Assembly: GCA_031367385.1 (NCBI GenBank)
Contig: JANLPS010000164.1
Coordinates: 1-19,017, forward strand
Direction of reading: 5' to 3'
DNA: 19,017 nt
Source: Archangium sp.
Lineage (GTDB): Bacteria; Myxococcota; Myxococcia; Myxococcales; Myxococcaceae
Of this stretch, positions 1 through 7,378 are shown one piece after another; position 1 is the stretch's first letter; every line of letters begins with the position of its first letter. Under the pieces are notes generated by a model, which worked only from the letters and a program-made list of their open reading frames with translations, had not been told where the DNA came from and ran no database searches. Made by a program: the position numbers and the translations under genes.

Positions 1-1122
1 CTGACATCGAAGGGGCGGCTGCTGCTGATCGGTGACGGAGCTTCGACCGAGGGTGACCGACCGTTTTTCGACCGACTCGATCTGACCACGGGCAAGTCAG
101 AGCGGCTGTGGCGCTCCGAGGGCGAGCAGCTGGCCACTGTCAAAGACGTGCTTGATGACGACGGCGATCAGGTGTTGTTGACCCGAGAGTCGGTGACGGT
201 GCCTCCCCAGGTGTTCGTTCACTCATTTTCGACGCCAGGCCCCGAAAAGCAGCTGACGCACTTCCCACTCCCGGTGCCTGAACTGGCGCATGTCACCAAG
301 CGCCTCATCGGGTGGAAGCGAAGCGACGGTCAGACGCTCTCAGGCACGCTCTATTTGCCCGGTGGCTTTCGCCCTGGCGTCGACAAGCCACTGCCCGTCT
401 TGGTCTGGGTCTACCCGGCTGAGTTCAAAAGCGCCGCCGCGGCCGCGCAAGTCAATGGCTCTCCGTATGAGTACGCGTACCCGTATTGGGGAGGCCCGCT
501 CTTCGCGCTGACCCAGGGGTATGCCGTTGTCGACAACCCCAGCTTCGCCATTGTCGGAGAAGGCAAAATCGAACCGAATGATACCTATGTCGAACAGCTT
601 CGCGATGATGCGAGCGCGTTGATTGACGAAGTGGTGCGGCTGGGTGTCGGAGATCGCTCACGCTTTGCGGTCGGTGGCCACTCCTATGGTGCCTTCACCA
701 CCGTGAATTTGCTGGCGCACTCTGACCTGTTTCGCACTGGCATCGCGCGCAGCGGCGCTTACAACCGCACCCTGACGCCGTTCGGTTTTCAATCAGAAGA
801 GCGCACCTTTTGGGAGGCACCGGACACCTACATGGCCATGTCGCCGTTTCGCTTCGCCGACAAAATCGACGAGCCGCTGCTGCTGATTCACGGAGCCGAT
901 GACGACAACCCAGGCACCTACACCATTCAGAGCGATCGGCTCTTCGCGGCGCTTCAGGGCTTGGGCGGTCGAGTGCGCTACGTGTCGCTACCGGCTGAAG
1001 CGCACGGCTACCGCGCGCGGGAGTCGTTGCTGCATGTGCTTTGGGAGCAAACGCGTTGGCTCGACGCGAAGGTCAAAAATGCCAAGCCCCTTGCCGCACC
1101 ACCGGCCGTCAAGAAGCCATAG
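1..1122 (+). CDS. S9 family (prolyl oligopeptidase clan) serine peptidase, S9D/glutamyl-endopeptidase-like; 5' end lies outside the window
   Basis: The frame is open from base 1 (LTSKGRLLLIGDGASTEGDRPFFDRLDL...) into the 148..1122 ORF. Catalytic triad motifs: GGHSYG (Ser), LLIHGADDDNPGT (Asp), AEAHGY (His). GIARSGAYNRTLTPFGFQ is typical of S9D. Confidence 0.92.
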   Translation: MTSKGRLLLIGDGASTEGDRPFFDRLDLTTGKSERLWRSEGEQLATVKDVLDDDGDQVLLTRESVTVPPQVFVHSFSTPGPEKQLTHFPLPVPELAHVTKRLIGWKRSDGQTLSGTLYLPGGFRPGVDKPLPVLVWVYPAEFKSAAAAAQVNGSPYEYAYPYWGGPLFALTQGYAVVDNPSFAIVGEGKIEPNDTYVEQLRDDASALIDEVVRLGVGDRSRFAVGGHSYGAFTTVNLLAHSDLFRTGIARSGAYNRTLTPFGFQSEERTFWEAPDTYMAMSPFRFADKIDEPLLLIHGADDDNPGTYTIQSDRLFAALQGLGGRVRYVSLPAEAHGYRARESLLHVLWEQTRWLDAKVKNAKPLAAPPAVKKP

Positions 1123-1248
1123 CGTCGAGCGACGACGCTCGCTTGAGGCGGCTCCACAAAGTTGTTCAACTCGAGTACTAAGCCGCGCGGGTCGGTGGCA
1201 CACTTTGACGGCCCCCGAAGCAACCCATCACCACCGAAGAGAGGCATC

Positions 1249-1836
1249 GTGGCCGCGAAACCCCACCTTCTGCGAAAAACGTTTCTCGTCGACCGAGCGT
1301 TTCAGCTCAAATACTTCCTCATTTTCTCTTCTCTCGGCGGAGGCCTCACCACTTTTTGGGGCATCCTCATTCTCAGGGTGTTTCACGAGGACCGGATACG
1401 GCTTGGCCTTGCCAGTGTTGGCTCGGGTCTGTTCGACGGCGCCGGCGATCTGTTCTGGTGGTGCGCCGGCATTCTGGTGCTGCTGACCTGGTTCATCGGC
1501 ATGGTGGGGCTCGTCATCACTCACCGCATCGCTGGGCCGGCGTTCGTGATGGGCCGAGCAATGAACGAGCTCACCGCAGGCAAGTACCCACACCTTCGGC
1601 CGCTGCGAAAATCAGATGACTTGAACACTCTGTACGCCTCGTTGGGGGCAATGGTGCAGTCGCTGCTCAAGACTGACCGCGACGAGCTGTCTGCGATCGA
1701 GAAGACCCTTGAGCTCATCTCGAAAGCTGAAAGCGGGAGCCCCAATGAGGCGACCACGCTCCTCCGAGAACTCCACGCCAAGAAGCTCGCACGGGTCGGT
1801 ACTGCAGCTGCAGATGTGCCGAAGAACGTTCGCTGA
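1249..1836 (+). CDS. Membrane protein with two TM helices and a HAMP-like linker, no output domain
   Basis: GTG at 1249 follows AGAGAGG and is in frame with ORF 1162..1836. Contains RKTFLVDRAFQLKY, two hydrophobic segments, THRIAGP, then a HAMP-like GKYPHLRPLRKSDDLNTLYASL and a short helical tail. Confidence 0.75.
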   Translation: MAAKPHLLRKTFLVDRAFQLKYFLIFSSLGGGLTTFWGILILRVFHEDRIRLGLASVGSGLFDGAGDLFWWCAGILVLLTWFIGMVGLVITHRIAGPAFVMGRAMNELTAGKYPHLRPLRKSDDLNTLYASLGAMVQSLLKTDRDELSAIEKTLELISKAESGSPNEATTLLRELHAKKLARVGTAAADVPKNVR

Positions 1837-1844
1837 GCTCGCGC

Positions 1845-2358
1845 CTAGAGAAGACCATTGAAGTGAATCTCGGCGAAACATTCTTCGAGCTCCGCGGCGT
1901 CGTGCAGATGGTGAAGAGTCAACGTGCTGAACACCGCATCGACCGAGTGGGTCGACAAGAAATCGAGCTTTTTGATGTTGCCGTGGGTGAAGCTGACATT
2001 GGTGACGCCCTCTCGCTTCACGTGCTCGCGCGCATCGAGGAGCATCAGCTCGGAGAGCTCCACCCCACGAAAGTGAGTCTGAGGGTTGAGCTTCGCGACC
2101 TGCACGAGTTGATTCGCCGGGCCACACCCCAGGTCGACGACCATCTTCGCGCCGCGGAGCACCTGGCTGAATGCGCGCGGTGTGAAACAGCGTCACCGAG
2201 GCCATCGAATTGAGCACCCGTGCAGACTCAGCGTACGCGGCGACCGCCGCGGCTTCTTCCATCACCTCGTTGGGTTCGGGTACTCGCGTCAGCGGCCCGC
2301 GCCACATCGCCTCTTTGAGCATCACGCCTGCCATCTCGAGCTTCTGAATGAATGTCTG
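1845..2358 (-). pseudogene. Class I SAM-dependent methyltransferase, frameshifted and 3'-truncated
   Basis: The N-part (RVPEPNEVMEEAAAVAAYAES...LFHTARI) is in one frame and the SAM-binding part (VVDLGCGPANQL...GVELSELML...SVDAVFSTLTLHHL) in another. Removing one base at 2170-2171 gives ARISQVLRGAK. The ORF stops just after CFAEI, where 'xRVLKPGG' is expected. The 5' limit is approximate (ATG at 2334). Confidence 0.8.
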
Positions 2359-2359
2359 C

Positions 2360-2550
2360 CGTGAAGTCACCAGCTCGGACCGGGTGCGCGAAGTGGTGCG
2401 CGCGATCATCGCGCTGGGTCATGCATGGCCTTTCGTTGCGCGTCACCGCTGAAGGTGTCGAGACCGAGGAGCAGTTCGAGTTACTCAGGGGCTCGAATGC
2501 CACGACGTACAGGGCACCCTGCCCAATCGCCCGCTTAGCAGCGCAGATCG
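2360..2550 (+). pseudogene. Remnant of the C-terminal end of an EAL (c-di-GMP phosphodiesterase) domain
   Basis: Three frames join to REVTSSDRVREVVRAIIALGH / GLSLRVTAEGVETEEQFELLR / LECHDVQGTLPNRPLS. This matches the EAL consensus IVxAIIxLAHxLGLxVVAEGVETxEQxxxLxxxGCDxxQGYLFSRP. Breaks: CATG duplication at 2420-2427 and a 1-base loss near 2490. Confidence 0.8.
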
Positions 2551-2604
2551 ACCGCTTGCCGAACCAGGCCTCGTCAGAGCAACCCATGCGCCTACGGTCA
2601 GCGC

Positions 2605-3738
2605 ATGACGCCCCTTCGACGGTTCCTGCTCGTACTCGTTGCGCTTCTCGCCGTGAGACTCATCGCACCCTGGTGGTACGGCCGTGACGCAGCGGGTTGG
2701 CTCGACAGTGACGCCAAGCTCGTTCACCGTCTCTGCGCCGAGCAGCTGCGCTTCGAAGCCGCTGATTCAGCCACGAGAGCCGCCTCGCCCGGCGACCAAT
2801 TCGCCGGCGAATGGGCGTTGGTCACCCACCAGATGACGGCCCTGGGCCTCGCGCAGGCCGTGTTGGCACACCCCGAGTGGCGCGCCGAATTCGCACCCAC
2901 GATTCGCCTCGCCGCGGTGCGCAGTTTCTTGTCTGAAAATCGAGGCTTCGGCACGACTGCGTGGGGTGGCGAAGATGGCTTCGACGCGCTCGAGAGCACG
3001 CATGGCCATGCGTACCTGGCCTACCCTGCGCTCGCCGTAGGCATCGCGCGGCTGACCGACCCGCACGACTTCCCGCCCGAGGTCGCGCTGGCCCATGACG
3101 CGCTGATCGCGGCATTTGAACGTCGACTGCTGGCTGCACCAAACGCAATCATCGAAACCTACCCCGCGGAGGCGTACCCGACCGACGTGGCTGCGGTCGC
3201 GGCCGCCATCGCCGTGCATGGGCGCGCGACTGGCACCGATCACGCCGCCGTGCTCTCACATTGGGTGCGCCAGGTCCGTGCGGTGCAAATCGACCAAGCG
3301 TCGGGCTTCGTGCACCAGCGCATGTCACCCACCGGCCAACCCCATGACGTACCGCGAGGCTCCGGCACCGGGCTGGCCGCCTACTACGCAGGCTTCGTCG
3401 ATCGCGGCCTCGCGATCGAGCTGGCAGAGGCACTTCGAAAGCACGAGCGCTCGTTCGGTGGGTTCAGTGGAGTCGCCGAGTTCGACGGGCAGGCAGGCCA
3501 CGGCGACATCGACAGCGGCCCGGTGGTGCTCGGGGTCTCCGTCGCGGCGACCGGCTTCTCATTGGCGCCCTTCAAGGCCTTCGGCTGGCGCGATGCCTTC
3601 ACCCGCCTCTACCGAACCACGACCTTGTTCGGCATGCCCGTGCGCGATGAAGAGCGCACCTGGTTCGCGACGGGCGGGCCCATCGGCAACGCGCTCTTGC
3701 TCGCGATGCTCACCTCGGGCCCGGAGGTCGTGCAATGA
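2605..3738 (+). CDS. Exported or membrane-anchored linalool dehydratase/isomerase-like (alpha/alpha barrel) protein of unknown activity
   Basis: Basic plus hydrophobic N-terminus. The segment LAAPNAIIETYPAEAYPTDVAAVAAAIAVHGRATGTDHAAVLSHWVRQVRAVQIDQASG aligns by eye with the recalled LinD segment ([21 protein letters not shown]...HGTDY...W...IDPERG). Also carries a GDIDSGPV motif. Confidence 0.65.
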   Translation: MTPLRRFLLVLVALLAVRLIAPWWYGRDAAGWLDSDAKLVHRLCAEQLRFEAADSATRAASPGDQFAGEWALVTHQMTALGLAQAVLAHPEWRAEFAPTIRLAAVRSFLSENRGFGTTAWGGEDGFDALESTHGHAYLAYPALAVGIARLTDPHDFPPEVALAHDALIAAFERRLLAAPNAIIETYPAEAYPTDVAAVAAAIAVHGRATGTDHAAVLSHWVRQVRAVQIDQASGFVHQRMSPTGQPHDVPRGSGTGLAAYYAGFVDRGLAIELAEALRKHERSFGGFSGVAEFDGQAGHGDIDSGPVVLGVSVAATGFSLAPFKAFGWRDAFTRLYRTTTLFGMPVRDEERTWFATGGPIGNALLLAMLTSGPEVVQ

Positions 3739-3977
3739 ATTGGCACCGGGCGTGGGGGCCGGCGTTCATCGTCAGCGCCTGGCTGTGCTCGGAGTGGGCG
3801 TACGTGACCCTCAGCGCACACGAGGGGTTGCTCACGCCCTTCGGCCCCGTGCGCTACGGCCCGATGCTGCTGGGCGTCGCGGCGCTGGGTCTGCGGCTGG
3901 TGGTGACGTTCGCGCTGGCGCCATGGGCGGCGTTTCGGCTGACTCGCCCTGCTCGAGCACCTCGAGCAAAGTCGTGA
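3735..3977 (+). CDS. Small membrane protein (~2 TM), translationally coupled to the upstream gene
   Basis: ATGA start/stop overlap at 3735-3738, GGAGG RBS at 3723-3727, two hydrophobic stretches. Confidence 0.6.
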   Translation: MNWHRAWGPAFIVSAWLCSEWAYVTLSAHEGLLTPFGPVRYGPMLLGVAALGLRLVVTFALAPWAAFRLTRPARAPRAKS

Positions 3978-4410
3978 GCAACCGATGCAGGCGCTTCACG
4001 TCACGCCGGCCGACCGCACCTGCCAGCTCTCGCTCGATCTCGATCAGCTGCCCCGTGCCGTGCATCATCGCGCCGAACCCGAACTCGGTCAGAAACACCC
4101 GCCGGGCACGAGCGTCATCGGGGTCGGCATCAATGCGCACCACGCCCTGCTCGATCATGTCAGCCACCAACTGCTGAACTGCCTGCTTGGTGACCCCGAT
4201 TCGCCGCGCGAGCTCGGTGATTCGAATGCCGCCCAGCGCCTGCAAGTGGGGGATCAACCGGGTATGGGCCTCGCGCAACATCGGCTTACCGGCAGCGGCG
4301 TTGACCCTCGCGATACCGCGCTCATTGAACAGCTGACCGCACCGAATCAACACGTACCCCAGGCTGCGGGCCTGTTGCCGGGCGAGCTTCTGGGCATTCG
4401 ACAGCGTCAT
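3832..4410 (-). CDS. MarR family transcriptional regulator
   Basis: Winged-HTH signature GIRITELARRIGVTKQAVQQLVADMIEQGVVRIDADPDDARARRVFLTEFG. Probable start is the ATG at 4410. The last ~40 aa look like read-through into the opposite gene. Confidence 0.92.
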   Translation of the reverse strand: MTLSNAQKLARQQARSLGYVLIRCGQLFNERGIARVNAAAGKPMLREAHTRLIPHLQALGGIRITELARRIGVTKQAVQQLVADMIEQGVVRIDADPDDARARRVFLTEFGFGAMMHGTGQLIEIERELAGAVGRRDVKRLHRLLTTLLEVLEQGESAETPPMAPARTSPPAADPAPRRPAASGRSARGRRA

Positions 4411-4411
4411 G

Positions 4412-4454
4412 TCGTCAACCCTACTTGACTTTATATCGTCAATCATCATTGACT
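4412..4454. promoter_or_regulatory. Two tandem palindromic operator boxes GTCAA-N6-TTGAC, probably bound by the MarR
   Basis: TCGTCAAccctacTTGACT (4412-4430) and TCGTCAAtcatcaTTGACT (4436-4454), 24-bp period, filling the AT-rich 49-bp divergent intergenic region. Confidence 0.8.
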
Positions 4455-4459
4455 AATTC

Positions 4460-5326
4460 ATGCACACGCCAGCGTGGGTCGATCGGCAAGAGTACCCGTT
4501 CGGAGTGAAATCGGTCGCGGGGCTGTCGGTGGTCGACGAGGGCGCTGGTGCTCCAGTCGTCTTTTCGCATGGCACACCGACCTGGTCCTTCGAGTGGCGG
4601 CACCTGATCAACGGCCTCCGTTCGAGCCACCGGTGCATCGCTCCCGATCACCTCGGCTTCGGCCTCTCGCCCAGACCTCGCGACGCCGACTACTCGCCTG
4701 AAGCCCATGCGGGGCGATTCACGCGGGTTCTCGAGTCCCTCCAACTCGAGCGCTACAGCCTGGTGGTGCACGACTTCGGAGGCCCGATTGCGCTCGATGG
4801 CGCACTCGATCACCCTGAGCGTCTCGAGCGCCTGGTCATTTTCAACAGCATCGCCTGGCCCTTCACCGCAGACCCACGCATGCGGCGAATGGCCACGCTC
4901 GCCGGCAGCAGCCTGTTTCGCTTCGGCTACCGCCACTTGAACTTGTCTTTTCTCATTGGCCGGTCGGCGTGGGGCGCTGGCCCGCGACCCGCCGCGATGT
5001 GGGAGCAGTACACCTCACGCTTCCCCGACTCCGACTCGCGAGAGCGGGTGCTCTGGGCATTGGCCAAGAGTCTCGCCGGCTCGACCACCTTCTTCGAGTC
5101 GCTCTGGCAGCGCAGGGCCCGGCTCGCCCACACGCCCATTCATCTGATTTGGGGCATGGCCGACAGCGCCTTCACCCCTGCGCTCCTGGGCCGTTTTCGC
5201 GAAGCCTGGCCACATGCATCGGTGACCGAGTTGCCGCGCGCGGGGCACTGGCCGCACGAAGAAGAGCCCGAGCGGTGCGTCGAAGCGGTTCGTGCCTTCA
5301 TTGGGGGCCAGCAGAACGCGGCGTAA
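4460..5326 (+). CDS. Alpha/beta hydrolase, haloalkane dehalogenase/OleB-like, Asp nucleophile
   Basis: HGTPTWSFEWR oxyanion motif, IAPDHLGFGLS, nucleophile elbow VVHDFGGPI, LIWGMADSAF, catalytic His in AGHWPHEE. The N-terminal WVDRQEYPF is typical of this family. Confidence 0.88.
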   Translation: MHTPAWVDRQEYPFGVKSVAGLSVVDEGAGAPVVFSHGTPTWSFEWRHLINGLRSSHRCIAPDHLGFGLSPRPRDADYSPEAHAGRFTRVLESLQLERYSLVVHDFGGPIALDGALDHPERLERLVIFNSIAWPFTADPRMRRMATLAGSSLFRFGYRHLNLSFLIGRSAWGAGPRPAAMWEQYTSRFPDSDSRERVLWALAKSLAGSTTFFESLWQRRARLAHTPIHLIWGMADSAFTPALLGRFREAWPHASVTELPRAGHWPHEEEPERCVEAVRAFIGGQQNAA

Positions 5327-6029
5327 AGCCCTCGTTGAAGACCCGCTCCCCGGCAGGGCCAGCGAGACCGTCGTGCCCTTGAAGACCTGACTCACCAGGC
5401 GAGCCCTCAACCCCCGCCTGGCACCCGAAATCGACGACCGGTGCGAGCCCGGTGCTGGTTTGAGCCAAGCGCCCGAAGCCTCCATAGCCTCGACGACCAC
5501 CCTTGCCTGCTGCACCCCCGATGCCCCCAGCGCCGCCCTGGCTGCTGATGTTTGCCTCGAGCATGGCTCGAAGCTGCGGCGAACAGCGCGCCGCGCCGCA
5601 GTCGACCGACACCGTGACCGTGCCGCCGCGACCACCCGCGCCGCCCGGGCCGCCATCGCCACCCTTGGTGCCATCTCCGCCGTGCTCACACGGTGCCGCG
5701 TCTCGACCGCTGACTCCGGGTTGCCCTGGAGCCCCCCGCGCGCCGTCACCCCCGCGCGACGTGATGTGCAACCGCGACAGGGCTTCGGCGGTCAGCTCGG
5801 CCGACCTCGTCTTGCCATCGGCGTTCACCGTGACGCGATACTGATCAGCCGAGAGCTGCTGCACGAGCACCTCGACTTCGGGGCCTGGCGCGCCGGCCTC
5901 ACGCGCAGAGAACACCCAGGCATCGGGCGATTCGGGCGCCTGAACCACGGCTGGGAGCATCACCGGTGCTTCGCCCACGGTCTGACAACCGACCACCGCG
6001 ATCACCACCGCCCCGAGTACCGAACGCAT
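5298..6029 (-). CDS. Glycine-rich (Gly-X-X repeat) lipoprotein
   Basis: ATG at 6029 gives MRSVLGAVVIAVVGC (lipobox-like). Several Gly-X-X blocks (GGDGARGAPGQPGVSG, GGDGTKGGDGGPGGAGGRGG, GSPGESGLQGHDGLAGPAG) are separated by short beta-like and Cys-containing segments. Confidence 0.75.
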   Translation of the reverse strand: MRSVLGAVVIAVVGCQTVGEAPVMLPAVVQAPESPDAWVFSAREAGAPGPEVEVLVQQLSADQYRVTVNADGKTRSAELTAEALSRLHITSRGGDGARGAPGQPGVSGRDAAPCEHGGDGTKGGDGGPGGAGGRGGTVTVSVDCGAARCSPQLRAMLEANISSQGGAGGIGGAAGKGGRRGYGGFGRLAQTSTGLAPVVDFGCQAGVEGSPGESGLQGHDGLAGPAGERVFNEGFTPRSAGPQ

Positions 6030-6124
6030 TCGAAAAGTCTCCGCCGTAGACAGCTGCTCGCCCGTAAATAGCCGAAACGACGTCAAAAAGCGCTGGTCTC
6101 CCGCGTGCACAGCGGGGCGCCACC

Positions 6125-7378
6125 ATGTCCCACTCCGCCCACTTTCTGTCGCGCCTGAGTCGCCTCGAGAACGCCAATGAGCTCGATGTGGCGCTCAAGG
6201 TGTACCGAGATACCAAGATCGTCACCGAGGTGATTCAGCGAGAAGCACCTCGCGCCGAACGCGGCCGGGTCGCGCTGGCCCTCAACGACTCGCCTCGAAG
6301 CCCACACCTCGTGGTGACTCTCGAGGGCGCCTTCATCACCTGCTTGGGCCCGGGCATGTCCACCACTGATCTCCCCGTCGTCTCTCGCGGAGAGCTCAGC
6401 GCGGTCATCGAGCGCAGGCGCCGAGAACGGTTCGCCGACGAGCTGATCGGCATCAAAGGCCAAGGGCACCAGATTGTGCATCGGCTCAACGAGTCAGCGA
6501 CCCTCTCGCGCGAAGAATTCGTCGCGGTCTCCGCGTATCAGCCCAGGCTTCGCCCCAACCTCCATGACCTCCTTCTCCTCAATCTCGAGGCGCTCTCAGC
6601 CGCCCGGCGCGCCTCTGAAGTCAGCCGTGGGGGTCACCAATACGTCGAGCGCTTCTGGGCGTTGAATCAATGCTTCGGTATCCTCTCCACTCTCCTCGGC
6701 CTCTCTGCCAACGAGGTGTTGAAGCAGCCTGCGCTGACCGAGAAGTTCGGGCTGAGCGATTTCATGATTGAGACGGCCTGGTGGTACGGAGTGCTCCCCA
6801 CGTGCGCTCGCGCGTTGTGGGCCTCGGCGAAAACCGGTGCCCCAAGGCTCGAGCGCCTCGCGCATCGGCTCTCGCAAGACCCGCCCGACGCCGGCCAAGG
6901 CGGCAGCGCCTACTTCGAGCTCGCGGCCATCGGCGTCGCGCACCCTGCGCTCTTCGACGAGGCCCAGGGGCTGCTCCGCCAGCAGGAGGCGAAGGGAGGC
7001 GAGGTCGTACGCCAGCTCATCGCGTCGATGAACGAGCCAACGGCGCTCGAAGAACCGGCCCTCCAGCTGAGCCGGCCAGCCAACATCTGGAGCGCTTCAC
7101 TGCTGATCCGCGCCGTGCCGTTCATTGCCACGTGCGAAGCCGAGGCGCTCTTTGCTCCGCACGCTCAGCTGGTGGCTCGCGATCACCGGCGCTTCAATCT
7201 CGCGGCGACGCGTCGAAGCTTCGCCGCGCAGCGCAACCTGATGCCAAAGCCAGCCCCCATCACGCGTCAGACCGCGAGGGTCAGCCGCAACGAACGCTGC
7301 GCCTGCAACTCCGGCAAGAAGCACAAGCGCTGCTGCGGAGCCGAGCGCATCACTCGACCCACGGCCGCTCCTGCTTGA
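6125..7378 (+). CDS. SEC-C (zinc-binding) motif-containing protein of unknown function
   Basis: C-terminal VSRNERCACNSGKKHKRCCG matches the SEC-C consensus GRNxxCxCGSGKKYKxCCG. The N-terminal region (LVVTLEGAFITCLGPGM) and helical middle are not assignable. Confidence 0.8.
   Translation: MSHSAHFLSRLSRLENANELDVALKVYRDTKIVTEVIQREAPRAERGRVALALNDSPRSPHLVVTLEGAFITCLGPGMSTTDLPVVSRGELSAVIERRRRERFADELIGIKGQGHQIVHRLNESATLSREEFVAVSAYQPRLRPNLHDLLLLNLEALSAARRASEVSRGGHQYVERFWALNQCFGILSTLLGLSANEVLKQPALTEKFGLSDFMIETAWWYGVLPTCARALWASAKTGAPRLERLAHRLSQDPPDAGQGGSAYFELAAIGVAHPALFDEAQGLLRQQEAKGGEVVRQLIASMNEPTALEEPALQLSRPANIWSASLLIRAVPFIATCEAEALFAPHAQLVARDHRRFNLAATRRSFAAQRNLMPKPAPITRQTARVSRNERCACNSGKKHKRCCGAERITRPTAAPA

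Noticed and set aside
1121..1139. AGCGTCG-N5-CGACGCT hairpin after the peptidase stop
   Set aside because: A 7-bp stem with no U-tract is common by chance in GC-rich DNA; not called as a terminator.
1196..1212. TGGCAC resembling a sigma54 -24 box upstream of the HAMP gene
   Set aside because: The required GG-N10-GC spacing fails: positions 1209-1210 read CG, and there is no TTGC.
1612..2409. 265-aa minus-strand ORF as an intact gene
   Set aside because: Only its part from about 2358 to 2172 is methyltransferase-like. The rest is out-of-frame read-through after the frameshift and overlaps the HAMP gene.
2352..2687. 111-aa plus-strand ORF as a real gene
   Set aside because: Only ~22 central codons are EAL-like; the flanks are off-frame and it overlaps the 2605 gene.
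3116..4177. Long alternative-frame and antisense ORFs (3116..4177, and likewise 9481..10479, 11174..12097, 14924..16024)
   Set aside because: Arg/Pro/Ser-rich shadow ORFs typical of high-GC DNA, overlapping well-supported genes and lacking motifs.
6125..7378. Calling the SEC-C protein secA
   Set aside because: No helicase/ATPase motifs and far too short; only the tail motif is shared.
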